Below are positions 49,318 through 58,644 of a stretch of 64,000 bases of DNA, in pieces. Source of the stretch: Akkermansiaceae bacterium (GTDB lineage: Bacteria > Verrucomicrobiota > Verrucomicrobiia > Verrucomicrobiales > Akkermansiaceae); assembly GCA_029242935.1 (NCBI GenBank), contig JAQWSX010000006.1, positions 3,319-67,318 of the forward strand, in the 5' to 3' direction. A program made the position numbers and the translations under genes. A model generated the notes under the pieces. That model saw only the letters and a program-made list of their open reading frames with translations. It was not told the DNA's origin and searched no databases. Each line of letters opens with the position of its first letter. Position 1 is the stretch's first letter.

Positions 49318-50481
49318 CTACTTACCGATCTTAATCAGTTCGACATCAAAAACGAGCTGACCAGATGGAGCTCCCGGACGCGTTGGAGTCTCGCCGTAAG
49401 CGAGCTTACCCGGAATCCAGAAGCGACGCTTCTCTCCTTCAACCATGAGCTGAACACCCTCGGTCCAACCTTTGATCACACCATTGAGCGGGAAAGAAAT
49501 TGGTTCACCCCGAGCAACCGAGCTATCGAACATTTTCCCGTCGGTTGTCCAGCCGGTGTAGTGAACGAGAACTTCGTCGGTTTCGGAAGGATGATCCGAG
49601 CCTGATCCTTCCGAAAGAACCTTGGAAGCGAGACCGGAATCGGTGGCTATTGAATCCGAAGGCGCTGCCGAGACATCATCCGGAGCTGGAATTGGCTCGG
49701 GATCCTTGGGGATTACCTTAAAATCTAGCAATTGGAAATCGAAGATTAAATTTCCCTGGGGAGCACCCGGAGGTGGATTTTCGCCGAATCCCAAGGCAGC
49801 GGGAATCCAAAATCGGCGCTTTTCGCCCTTGTTCATGAGTTGAAGTCCTTCCACCCATCCCTTAATGGTCACTTGATCGAGTTTGAATTGCGCAGGCTTG
49901 CCATTCATCACTGTACTTTCGAGAAGAGTTCCATCTTCTAGCCATCCAGTAAAATGAGCCGCTACCACATCAGATGGGCCAGGTTTGTCACCGCCTTCGC
50001 CCTCTTCGAGAAGTTGAGAGGCAAGACCACTTTCATATTTCTCGGCGGTCTCAGGAGTTTTCAACTCAGCAGGAGGTTCAGGTGCCTCGGGAGCCGCCTC
50101 GATAGAAAACAGTTCGACATCAAAGGTTAGATCGCCAGACGGGGCACCCGGCCGCGAGGGTGTTTCTCCATAAGCAAGATCAGCCGGGATCCAAAAGCGG
50201 CGCTTCTCGCCAACCACCATTAGCTGCAATCCTTCGGTCCAACCCGAAATCACCTGATTGAGAGGAAAAGAAGTCGTCTCACCCCGAGAAACCGAACTAT
50301 CGAAGAGTTTTCCATCAATCATCCAACCGCTGTAATGAACCTCCACGGTATCTCGCGGGCCAGGCCTCTGATCGCCTTCACCAACATGGAGAATTTTAGA
50401 GGCCAAACCGGAATGAGTCACTTCAGCATCTGAAGGCGCAGCGGCCACGTCTTTGGGTGTTTCGGGAGTATTGCTCACCAA
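49318..50481 (-). CDS. FKBP-type peptidyl-prolyl isomerase with three tandem FKBP domains
   Basis: There are three copies of the FKBP core: HYSGWMIDGKLFDSS...GEKRRFWIPADLAYGE, HFTGWLEDGTLLEST...GEKRRFWIPAALGFGE and HYTGWTTDGKMFDSS...GEKRRFWIPGKLAYGE. The start is TTG/GTG with an in-frame stop 3 codons upstream. I saw no signal peptide. Confidence 0.88.
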   Translation of the reverse strand: MVSNTPETPKDVAAAPSDAEVTHSGLASKILHVGEGDQRPGPRDTVEVHYSGWMIDGKLFDSSVSRGETTSFPLNQVISGWTEGLQLMVVGEKRRFWIPADLAYGETPSRPGAPSGDLTFDVELFSIEAAPEAPEPPAELKTPETAEKYESGLASQLLEEGEGGDKPGPSDVVAAHFTGWLEDGTLLESTVMNGKPAQFKLDQVTIKGWVEGLQLMNKGEKRRFWIPAALGFGENPPPGAPQGNLIFDFQLLDFKVIPKDPEPIPAPDDVSAAPSDSIATDSGLASKVLSEGSGSDHPSETDEVLVHYTGWTTDGKMFDSSVARGEPISFPLNGVIKGWTEGVQLMVEGEKRRFWIPGKLAYGETPTRPGAPSGQLVFDVELIKIGK

Positions 50482-50587
50482 GGGGCCTTAACGAAGGAGC
50501 GCCTTTCATACCAGAAATTTGCGTCACTTCTGAGATTCCCCCTCTTGCGCTCTAGACAAAACCCTATTCCTGTCGAATCCTTCGCTC

Positions 50588-51322
50588 ATGAAGATTTCTG
50601 TCACCGGCCGATCAGGCCGTATGGGTCAAACAGTGATAGCTGCGATCGAAACCGAAGATGCTGGCTCTCTGCAAGCAACACATGACTCGGGAGAGGACCT
50701 GACCTGCGCGCTCTCGGAAGCAAATGTCGTTATCGATTTCACGCTCCCTATTCTAACAGACGAATTATTGGAAACCGCAGTCGAGAAGAAGGTCGCTCTC
50801 GTGATCGGTACCACTGGCCACTCTGAAGCTCAGAAGCAAGCTATCGCTGAAGCCGCAAAATCGATTCCAATCGTTTACGCCTCAAACTTTTCCACCGGAG
50901 TCAACCTTCTCTTTCACCTCACGCAAAAGGCTGCTGCAATTCTCGGCAATGAAACCTTTGATATCGAAGTCACCGAAATGCACCACCGACACAAGGTCGA
51001 TGCCCCGTCCGGCACAGCCCGCACTCTTCTCGACATCCTAAACAAAGAAACCAACACCTCTTATGAAAACGATGTTGCGCATGGCCGCGAAGGCAACGTA
51101 GGACCCCGTTCTTCCAAGGAAATCGGAATGCACACTTTGCGCGGCGGTGACGTCGTCGGTGATCATACCGTGATGTTTGCAGCCGATGGTGAGCGCTTTG
51201 AACTCACTCACAAGGCATCTTCTCGAATGACTTTTGCCTCTGGAGCGGTTCGCGCTGCACTTTGGCTCGAGGGTCGTGAAGCCGGGCTTTATGACATGCA
51301 AGACGTCCTCGGATTGAAGTAG
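50588..51322 (+). CDS. dapB: 4-hydroxy-tetrahydrodipicolinate reductase
   Basis: Motifs include MKISVTGRSGRMG, GTTG and EMHHRHKVDAPSGTA. Confidence 0.92.
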   Translation: MKISVTGRSGRMGQTVIAAIETEDAGSLQATHDSGEDLTCALSEANVVIDFTLPILTDELLETAVEKKVALVIGTTGHSEAQKQAIAEAAKSIPIVYASNFSTGVNLLFHLTQKAAAILGNETFDIEVTEMHHRHKVDAPSGTARTLLDILNKETNTSYENDVAHGREGNVGPRSSKEIGMHTLRGGDVVGDHTVMFAADGERFELTHKASSRMTFASGAVRAALWLEGREAGLYDMQDVLGLK

Positions 51323-51334
51323 AAGAATTACCCC

Positions 51335-51844
51335 ATGGCCTCAAGAACAGGAATTGCACTTGGCACGAATGTTGGCAACCGACTTGCGAATCTTCGCGAA
51401 GCCCGAAATCTACTAATCAACCTGATGCCTGCCGACACCACTTACGAGCAGTCCGGGGTTTATCAATCTGAGCCCGTCGATTGCCCACCGGAATCTCCTG
51501 ACTTTTACAATGCGGTGATCGAAATCGATTTCATCGGCAAACCACACGACCTTTTAAAAGCGACCCAGGGGATTGAGTGGAAGCTCGGCCGGACATCTTC
51601 CGCTGTCCGCAATGCGCCACGGCCTATCGATCTAGATATCCTCTACTTCGACCACTTCGTCATGGATGAGGACATTCTCACCCTCCCCCATCCACGGCTG
51701 ACGGATCGACGCTTCGTGCTAAAGCCACTTTTGGATATCCACCCTCACCTGATACTTCCCGGCGACGAAACAACGGTAGGCGAACATTTAAGAAGGCTCG
51801 ACTCGGACGAAACAGATCCCATTCTTATCCAAACCGCTTGGTAG
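51335..51844 (+). CDS. folK: 2-amino-4-hydroxy-6-hydroxymethyldihydropteridine diphosphokinase
   Basis: Motifs include IALGTNVG, RPIDLDIL and LTLPHPRLTDRRFVLKPL. Confidence 0.9.
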   Translation: MASRTGIALGTNVGNRLANLREARNLLINLMPADTTYEQSGVYQSEPVDCPPESPDFYNAVIEIDFIGKPHDLLKATQGIEWKLGRTSSAVRNAPRPIDLDILYFDHFVMDEDILTLPHPRLTDRRFVLKPLLDIHPHLILPGDETTVGEHLRRLDSDETDPILIQTAW

Positions 51845-51848
51845 AACG

Positions 51849-52613
51849 ATGTCTCTCTCCGAAAACGCCAATCGAATCCGAGCCCGCAAAGGTAAGGCGC
51901 CGATTTCCGCACTGACCGCATACGACTATGCGACCGCACGTCTTTTGGATGAAGCAGGTGTTGATCTGCTACTTGTCGGTGATTCTTTAGGCATGGTCGT
52001 GTTGGGATTTCCGGACACAACTCATGTCACTCTTGATCATATGATCCACCATACCTCGGCAGTAGCCCGCGGAACAAAGAATGCCCTTATAATCGGTGAT
52101 CTACCCATTCACACTTACCCTGATCCGGAGACCGCCGTCGCAAACGCCCATCGGCTCATTGAGGCTGGAGCAGAAGCGGTAAAACTCGAAGGCGGAGTTC
52201 GGCAGGCCGAGAAAGTGGCCGCTATCGTTGCAGATGGTATTTCGGTTGTGGGCCATCTCGGAATGCTACCTCAACGAGTCAAAGAAGAAGGTGGATACAC
52301 TAAAAAGGGGAAAACTGACGGCGAAACTCAGGCTATTCTTGAAGGAGCGTTTGCTCTTCAGGAAGCAGGAGTCTGTGCCATTGTCCTTGAAAGCATTCTA
52401 CCAAAAGCAGCTCGCTTCCTTACCGACAAGCTCGATGTACCCACCATTGGAATCGGCTGTGGCGAGGGGAATTGCGATGGTGAGATCGCAGTCATTACCG
52501 ACGTCATCGGTTCTTTTCCGTGGTTTTTACCACCTTTTGCGACTCAACGAGCTGATGTCGCTGTTGAAATCACAAAAGCCGTTAAAGCTTATCTCGATGA
52601 TCTCAGCCGATAA
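51849..52613 (+). CDS. panB: 3-methyl-2-oxobutanoate hydroxymethyltransferase
   Basis: Motifs include LTAYDYATA, LLVGDSLGMV, VKLEGG and GHLGMLPQ. Confidence 0.92.
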   Translation: MSLSENANRIRARKGKAPISALTAYDYATARLLDEAGVDLLLVGDSLGMVVLGFPDTTHVTLDHMIHHTSAVARGTKNALIIGDLPIHTYPDPETAVANAHRLIEAGAEAVKLEGGVRQAEKVAAIVADGISVVGHLGMLPQRVKEEGGYTKKGKTDGETQAILEGAFALQEAGVCAIVLESILPKAARFLTDKLDVPTIGIGCGEGNCDGEIAVITDVIGSFPWFLPPFATQRADVAVEITKAVKAYLDDLSR

Positions 52614-53001
52614 AAAAGGGGCTCTCGAGCGCCGGATGGCTTCACTCGGAATTTTCGAGGATGACCTCATTGAAAAATTCATTCGTGGCACCGGCAGTGG
52701 AGGCCAAAAAGTCAACAAAACCTCTTCCTGCGTCTTTCTCCAGCATCCCCCTTCCCGAACCGAGATAAAAGTGCAACGCGAGCGATCCCGCGAAATGAAT
52801 CGTTTTCTGGCTCGAGAGGAACTCTGCGACCGCCTCGAAGAGCGCGAAACACTGAAAACTCAGACCCGAAAACAGGCTCGCGAGAAAACACGCCGTCGGA
52901 ATCGCCGTCAGGGGGTCCGGGCCCGAGCACGAAATGTTGAAAAGAAGCGTCAACATGGCCAAAAGAAACAAAACCGTCGCCGTCCGGGGATTCAGGATTG
53001 A
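52597..53001 (+). CDS. Class-I release-factor-domain protein (GGQ), ArfB-like ribosome rescue factor / peptidyl-tRNA hydrolase
   Basis: This is the downstream part of track ORF 52228-53001. The start is taken at ATG 52597 (MISADKKG), overlapping the panB 3' end by 17 nt. It has the GGQ motif GSGGQKVNKTSS and a long Arg/Lys-rich C-terminal tail, as in ArfB. Confidence 0.7.
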   Translation: MISADKKGALERRMASLGIFEDDLIEKFIRGTGSGGQKVNKTSSCVFLQHPPSRTEIKVQRERSREMNRFLAREELCDRLEERETLKTQTRKQAREKTRRRNRRQGVRARARNVEKKRQHGQKKQNRRRPGIQD

Positions 53002-53031
53002 TTGTCGTCAATCCTACTTCAAGATTTCTCC

Positions 53032-53841
53032 ATGCAAACTTACCTCGACCTTCTCACCGACGTTTTAGAAACCGGCGAGAAGCGGGGTGACCGAACCGGA
53101 ACAGGAACGCTGAGCGTTTTCGGCCGGCAGGTGCGCTATGATCTTCGCCAGGGATTTCCATGCCTCACCACCAAAAAACTCCACCTCCGCTCAATCATCC
53201 ACGAGCTTCTCTGGTTCCTTAAAGGCGACACCAACATCTCCTATCTAAAGGAAAACAAGGTGACTATTTGGGATGAGTGGGCTGATGAAAAAGGCGATCT
53301 CGGACCAGTTTATGGACAGCAATGGAGGTCATGGCCCAAGCAAGACGGCTCCACCATTGATCAAATCGCCACTCTGATTGAAGGGGTGAAAAACAATCCA
53401 ACCTCACGACGCCACCTCGTCTCGGCGTGGAATGTCGGCAAGGTTGACGAAATGGCGTTACCACCCTGCCACCTTCTCTTTCAATTCTACGTTCACAATC
53501 CAGACTCCGATCGTCCCGGCCTGAGCTGTCAACTCTATCAACGCAGCGCAGACCTTTTCCTCGGAGTCCCTTTCAACATCGCCTCCTATGCCCTCCTCAC
53601 CATGATGGTCGCACAAGTTTGCGGCTACGAGCCGAGGGAATTTGTCCATACTTTTGGCGACCTTCACCTTTACTCGAACCATCTTGACCAGGCCCACCTC
53701 CAACTCGCCCGAGATCCACTGCCACTTCCCAAGATGAAGATCAATCCTGACGTCACCGAGATTGATCAATTCAATTTCGATGACTTTGAGCTGGTTAACT
53801 ACGAAGCCCACGCCCACATCAAAGCTCCCGTCGCCATATGA
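53032..53841 (+). CDS. thyA: Thymidylate synthase (ThyA type)
   Basis: The start is ATG 53032 (MQTYLDLL). Motifs include DRTGTGT, the catalytic Cys in [12 protein letters not shown], and [16 protein letters not shown]. Confidence 0.95.
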   Translation: MQTYLDLLTDVLETGEKRGDRTGTGTLSVFGRQVRYDLRQGFPCLTTKKLHLRSIIHELLWFLKGDTNISYLKENKVTIWDEWADEKGDLGPVYGQQWRSWPKQDGSTIDQIATLIEGVKNNPTSRRHLVSAWNVGKVDEMALPPCHLLFQFYVHNPDSDRPGLSCQLYQRSADLFLGVPFNIASYALLTMMVAQVCGYEPREFVHTFGDLHLYSNHLDQAHLQLARDPLPLPKMKINPDVTEIDQFNFDDFELVNYEAHAHIKAPVAI

Positions 53842-54299
53842 TTTTAACAGCGATTGTTGCAATGACTCCCGAACGCATCATCGGGAAAAACGGAGATCTT
53901 CCATGGAATCTTCCGGACGACTTGAAGTTCTTCAAGAAGCACACCTCCGGCCATCCCATCGTGATGGGGCGCAAGACATTCGACTCGATTGGCCGACCAC
54001 TTCCAAAACGACAAAACATCGTCATCACCCGCGATCCCGATTGGAGTCACAATGGCGTCGAAATGATTCAAAACCCCGAAGACCTAAACAATTTTCAACT
54101 GATCAACCAACGGGTTTTTATTATAGGAGGAGAACAAATTTATCGTTTTTTCCTACCGATTCTCAATGAAATCATCATCACCCACGTGACAGATTACCAC
54201 GAAGGTGATACCTACTTCCCAGAATACTCACACCTTTTTCCCAACTCGGAGTTGATCTTGGAGCAGGATGATTTTGTGATCAGACGACACTTTAAATAA
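53838..54299 (+). CDS. folA: Dihydrofolate reductase
   Basis: The start overlaps the thyA stop (ATGA). Motifs include [20 protein letters not shown] and FIIGGEQIY. Confidence 0.92.
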   Translation: MILTAIVAMTPERIIGKNGDLPWNLPDDLKFFKKHTSGHPIVMGRKTFDSIGRPLPKRQNIVITRDPDWSHNGVEMIQNPEDLNNFQLINQRVFIIGGEQIYRFFLPILNEIIITHVTDYHEGDTYFPEYSHLFPNSELILEQDDFVIRRHFK

Positions 54300-54321
54300 C
54301 TATCCAAACACTAATAACGAC

Positions 54322-54693
54322 ATGGCTAACTCATTCGAACTCTCCGGCACCCTTAAAGTACTCGAAGAAACCCAAACCTTTGATAGCGGCTTTTCAAAAC
54401 GCGAATTTGTGATCGAAGTCCCTGATGGAAAATACCCTCAGATGGTTAAATTTGAGACAGTTCGCGACAAGATTGATCTCCTTAACAGCATGAGCATCGG
54501 CGATGAATTAAAGGTCACCTTCGACGTGCGTGGTAACGAATATAAAGGACGATACTATGTGAATCTGAATGCCTGGAAAATCGAAAGTGGTGGTGGCAAC
54601 CAAGGAGGCACGCCAGAAGATCCTCAACCAAGTTCGTTTGACAACAGCTTCGACAGTGAACCTGATCCAAGCGACGACGATATCCCATTTTAG
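54322..54693 (+). CDS. DUF3127-like small OB-fold-type protein with an SSB-like acidic C-terminal tip
   Basis: The core of about 90 aa is GTLKVLEETQTFDSGFSKREFVIEV...YPQMVKFETVRDKIDLL...VTFDVRGNEYKGRYYVNLNAWKIE. A Gly/Pro/Ser-rich linker follows, and the terminal residues are DDDIPF. Confidence 0.6.
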   Translation: MANSFELSGTLKVLEETQTFDSGFSKREFVIEVPDGKYPQMVKFETVRDKIDLLNSMSIGDELKVTFDVRGNEYKGRYYVNLNAWKIESGGGNQGGTPEDPQPSSFDNSFDSEPDPSDDDIPF

Positions 54694-54696
54694 GAA

Positions 54697-56037
54697 TCAG
54701 TCCGAAACAAGGCTTTCAATCGTGCCGTCCCCGACCTGAGTTTTCAATTCATCGCCTGGTAAGACATCTTTTACCGATTTCACGATTTTTCCATCTGTCC
54801 CGTAAGTTACCGAGAATCCTCGTTTGAGAATACTGCCTGGGCCAAGGACCTGAAGCAGAGAAGACAGGTTTTCGAACCGATTTTCCTGAACCTTCAGAGC
54901 GTGCGTACAGGCAAGAAGGAAGCCATTCCAAAGCTGTTTAATCTTCTCATCACGCCTCTTTAGAATTTCACGAGGATGATAACGATCCCAGTTGTCATGA
55001 TAATTACCGACCAGTCGCTCCCGGTCCCTTAACGAATTTTCAACCGCGCTGCAAAACTCCCGCTTCAACCCCTCGATCCGAAATAGTTGATGCTGCAACT
55101 TCCGCTCGGAAGATTGACTGAAAATGCTTCGTTCGCAGTAATCAAGTTGATCCGAAAGACGATCGAGACGGCCCTCAACAACCCGCCTTAACCGAGATTC
55201 CAGATTCACGAGACGCTCACGGAGCTCAGCCTGATCCGGAACAACCAATTCAGCAGCCGCACTTGGAGTCGGTGCTCGCAAATCGGCTACAAAATCCGAA
55301 ATTGTAAAATCGATTTCGTGACCCACTGCACTGATCACTGGAATCGGACAATCCGCAATCGCCCGGGCCACCACCTCCTCATTGAAGTTCCAGAGGTCTT
55401 CCAGAGAGCCCCCGCCCCGGGCAACGATCAAGACCTCTGGCTGTGGAGTATTATCATTTCCAACCTGTCCTGCCTGCCGGACCGCACGAGCGATTCCCTT
55501 CTCCGCCCCTCTCCCTTGAACAGCAGTTGGAAAAAGAACAATCGTTAGCCACGGAGCACGGCGGGAGAGGACATTTTTCATGTCTTGCAAAGCCGCTCCA
55601 GTTGCCGAAGTGACGATGCCAACTACCTTTGGCACACTAGGGAGCGTACGCTTTCGTTCCTGCGAAAACAGCCCCTCACGATCAAGCTTTCCCTTCAAAG
55701 CCTCGAACCGAGCTTGCAGATCGCCCACTCCAATCGCTTGTGCTTTTTTAACGATTAACTGGGTGCTTCCTCGTGCCTCGTAAAAACTGGCTTCACCAAA
55801 AATTTGCACCTTGGCACCGTCCTCGATAACTTCGTTACCAGCACGTCGGCCTGCCCCAAACATCGCACAGGAAATCTGAGACGATTGATCCTTCAGCGAG
55901 AAATACCAGTGGCCGCTTCCTTGCTTTCGAAGATTACTTATTTCGCCTTCGACCCATACATCCCCAATTTGAATCTCAAGGAGATTTCGAATTCGCCGGG
56001 CCAATTGTGTGACCGAGATCGCTTTGACCTCCGCCAT
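54697..56037 (-). CDS. xseA: Exodeoxyribonuclease VII large subunit
   Basis: The N-terminal OB fold has SVTQLARRIRNLLE and VWVEGEISN. The catalytic region has ARGGGSLEDLWNFNEE, and the C-terminus is a coiled coil. Confidence 0.92.
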   Translation of the reverse strand: MAEVKAISVTQLARRIRNLLEIQIGDVWVEGEISNLRKQGSGHWYFSLKDQSSQISCAMFGAGRRAGNEVIEDGAKVQIFGEASFYEARGSTQLIVKKAQAIGVGDLQARFEALKGKLDREGLFSQERKRTLPSVPKVVGIVTSATGAALQDMKNVLSRRAPWLTIVLFPTAVQGRGAEKGIARAVRQAGQVGNDNTPQPEVLIVARGGGSLEDLWNFNEEVVARAIADCPIPVISAVGHEIDFTISDFVADLRAPTPSAAAELVVPDQAELRERLVNLESRLRRVVEGRLDRLSDQLDYCERSIFSQSSERKLQHQLFRIEGLKREFCSAVENSLRDRERLVGNYHDNWDRYHPREILKRRDEKIKQLWNGFLLACTHALKVQENRFENLSSLLQVLGPGSILKRGFSVTYGTDGKIVKSVKDVLPGDELKTQVGDGTIESLVSD

Positions 56038-56038
56038 C

Positions 56039-57094
56039 TTAGAAATGCTCCTTACTGTTTAATTCTGCAAAAACCATTTGCCCAGCACTCGTTTGGAGAG
56101 TGCTAACAACGGTAACATCTTGCGAGGTTCCAATCTTATTAATGGCATGATTCACCACAATCATCGTTCCATCCGGCATATAGCCCACCGCCTGATGCTC
56201 GTCTTTCCCAGCGCGCACTAAAGCAAGGCGAACCGATTCACCCACCACGACCGAGGGTTTCAATGCATCAGACAAGTCGTTCAGATTGATAATGTCAGCC
56301 CCCTGAAGGTGAGCCACCTTAGTAAGATTCTCGTCAGTAGTTATAAGTCGACCCGAGAGCAATTTTGCGGTCTGAACCAGACGCCCCTGAAAGGATTCCT
56401 CCTCCGCCATGCCACGTGAATCTTGAATGGAAATTGGAACTGCCGGATTTTTTTGAAGCTCACTGAGGATTTCTAGTCCACGCTGACCACGTTGACGTTT
56501 GGCTGCAGCTGGTGAGTTGGCCATAACCTGCAGTTCATCAAGAACGAATTGAGGGACCAAAACCCGGCCAGTAAGAAAACCGGCGGCCATGAGCGATGGG
56601 AGTCGTCCATCCATGATCACTTCAGCATCAAGAATCAGTAATTGGCCAGAAGCTGCATCTTGTCGAAAGCGAACGTAGGGAATGATGAAGGAGAATTCTT
56701 CCTGGTCGCTTCTTAGAGCCAGAACCGCTCCCAGAAAAGCAAAGCTTGCATACGAAGCGACGGTGAAAGCTAAAGCCAAAGCTTCAGCAACTCCTTCAAT
56801 TTCAATTCCTGATGCTGCGATTTCAATGAGTTGGGGGATCTGGGCCCGGTTTAGAAGGAAAGCACACAGGAGGCCCACACCGATCCCAAAAGTGGCAGTT
56901 GAAAACCCACGCAAGGTAAAGCTGCGCATCGAACTCTCCATGAGAATAAAAATGATTGCCACCATAAGGCCGCCGAAAAGCCCCACCCAAAGCGGAACCT
57001 CTGGCGCGCCGAGAACGACCGCAAAACCAGCCAGCAAGCAGAGGATGATGTAAATCACCCGAGCGACATTCACCGATGGTTTTGAGGGCTTCAT
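56039..57094 (-). CDS. Membrane-anchored PIN + TRAM domain protein (YacL-like)
   Basis: It has four N-terminal TM helices and a PIN-like central domain (LILDAEVIMDGRL...). The C-terminal TRAM-like segment is GESVRLALVRAGKDEHQAVGYMPDGTMIVV. Confidence 0.75.
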   Translation of the reverse strand: MKPSKPSVNVARVIYIILCLLAGFAVVLGAPEVPLWVGLFGGLMVAIIFILMESSMRSFTLRGFSTATFGIGVGLLCAFLLNRAQIPQLIEIAASGIEIEGVAEALALAFTVASYASFAFLGAVLALRSDQEEFSFIIPYVRFRQDAASGQLLILDAEVIMDGRLPSLMAAGFLTGRVLVPQFVLDELQVMANSPAAAKRQRGQRGLEILSELQKNPAVPISIQDSRGMAEEESFQGRLVQTAKLLSGRLITTDENLTKVAHLQGADIINLNDLSDALKPSVVVGESVRLALVRAGKDEHQAVGYMPDGTMIVVNHAINKIGTSQDVTVVSTLQTSAGQMVFAELNSKEHF

Positions 57095-57150
57095 AGATCT
57101 CCTAGATTAGTCACTTTAATTACGAAGCTGCAATTCTGGCCCAATTTTGA

Positions 57151-58554
57151 TCACTCGGGCCACTCGAGTTTCGGAGCCTCTGATCCTCCGGTAAAGATAT
57201 CTCCTAGATCTTTTGTCGTAATATAGAGCATGAAGCCCATCAAAAGAAGGGCGAAGCCCCCCTGAATCATCTCCAAGAAACGACCAGGCAGAGGCTTTCC
57301 TCGGACCGATTCCAGAATTGCCATCACAATATGACCGCCATCTAAAACCGGAAGGGGGAGCATATTTAGCACCGCAAGATTTACGTTGAACAATACAAAG
57401 AAAGCCAGAACCCGTAACCAACCGTGATCCTCCTGTAAAAGCAAAAACTTGGTACGGGCAATACCAACCGGTCCGGCAAGCTGATCGGGTCCAATATTTG
57501 AATCAGGCGAGGAGATAACCTTAATGGTCATCCACATTGTCCGGAGACTATCGCGAACCTGAACCCAAGGATTGGGGTAAGTAATCTCGGTGACAACACC
57601 TGCTCTACGATCCCAAGCAATCCCCACCATGGGATCTTCGTAAGCATCCCCCTTCGGTTTGAGCGGAGTCACTTCGATGTCCATTACTTCATCTCCACGC
57701 TTCAAAGTGAAGCTCGAAGTTTTGTATTCATTTTCCCGAATGAGCTGGCTGACATGATAGGTTCCGAAGACCTCTTTCCCATCCACCTTCAAGATTTGAT
57801 CGCCCACCTGCAATTTGGCCTTCTTAGCCGGGCTTTCCCCTTTTCCTCCGGCTAAACTGCCGATAATAGCAGGACCAGGAGCGGTGATCCCAGGATCAGG
57901 AAGCGCTCTCCTTTGAAAAAGTCCGGTCTCGTGGATATCAAACTCCGTACTTACCACCAATACCTTGCCATCCCTCTCGATCTCAAAGTCGATGGTATCA
58001 CCCTTCGTCAACATAATCCGAGTTCGGATGTCGTCGAAAACCTTTCCAACATACCAGTCGACAGGATCTCCATCGACTTTCAGAATCTTATCTCCCGGGA
58101 CCAAGATTCCTTCAGCCGGACTATCGTGAATTACGCCACCTACTACATTTGACTTAATCGAGTCCTGCGGCTTCCCCATTCCCCAAACCAAAAATCCGGC
58201 AACCACTGCTAGCATGAGACTGAAAAGTGGCCCGGCGAAAGCCACTATAATTTTGTCTAACGGAGAAACCGGAGGAAGCTTTTCTTTGTCCAGATTTTCT
58301 CCCTCGATTGATTCCATTGCTGCCATTTGTGGGAGAGCGACAAACCCGCCCGCCGGAATCCAACCAAGGCCATACTGAACCCCGTTGATTGTCTTTTTCC
58401 AAATCGGTTTGCCAAACCAGATCTGAAACCGATCCACTTGTAGACCACGCCAGCGCGCAGCAAGAAAATGCCCCAGCTCATGGACAAAGATCATGATATT
58501 AAACAACCCGATCACGATGATCACGAGTAAGAGTCCGTATAAAAAATCAGTCAT
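57151..58554 (-). CDS. rseP: Site-2 (RIP) zinc metalloprotease RseP
   Basis: It has HELGHFLAA, PDZ-like middle regions and NMLPLPVLDGGH. The start is taken at ATG 58552-58554 (MTDFLYG). Confidence 0.9.
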   Translation of the reverse strand: MTDFLYGLLLVIIVIGLFNIMIFVHELGHFLAARWRGLQVDRFQIWFGKPIWKKTINGVQYGLGWIPAGGFVALPQMAAMESIEGENLDKEKLPPVSPLDKIIVAFAGPLFSLMLAVVAGFLVWGMGKPQDSIKSNVVGGVIHDSPAEGILVPGDKILKVDGDPVDWYVGKVFDDIRTRIMLTKGDTIDFEIERDGKVLVVSTEFDIHETGLFQRRALPDPGITAPGPAIIGSLAGGKGESPAKKAKLQVGDQILKVDGKEVFGTYHVSQLIRENEYKTSSFTLKRGDEVMDIEVTPLKPKGDAYEDPMVGIAWDRRAGVVTEITYPNPWVQVRDSLRTMWMTIKVISSPDSNIGPDQLAGPVGIARTKFLLLQEDHGWLRVLAFFVLFNVNLAVLNMLPLPVLDGGHIVMAILESVRGKPLPGRFLEMIQGGFALLLMGFMLYITTKDLGDIFTGGSEAPKLEWPE

Positions 58555-58644
58555 AGTTTTTCGGTGCGCAAAACTAGCCCACACCCTGCCTTAGGGCCAG
58601 TGGCATTTCTTGAATAAGAAAACGTCGCAGGACAATGATTTGGT

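Noticed and set aside
52228-52596. N-terminal 123 codons of track ORF 52228-53001
   Set aside because: This part overlaps panB in another frame and has no motifs. The recognisable RF-1/GGQ domain starts only after ATG 52597, so the long form is an artefact of the upstream open frame.
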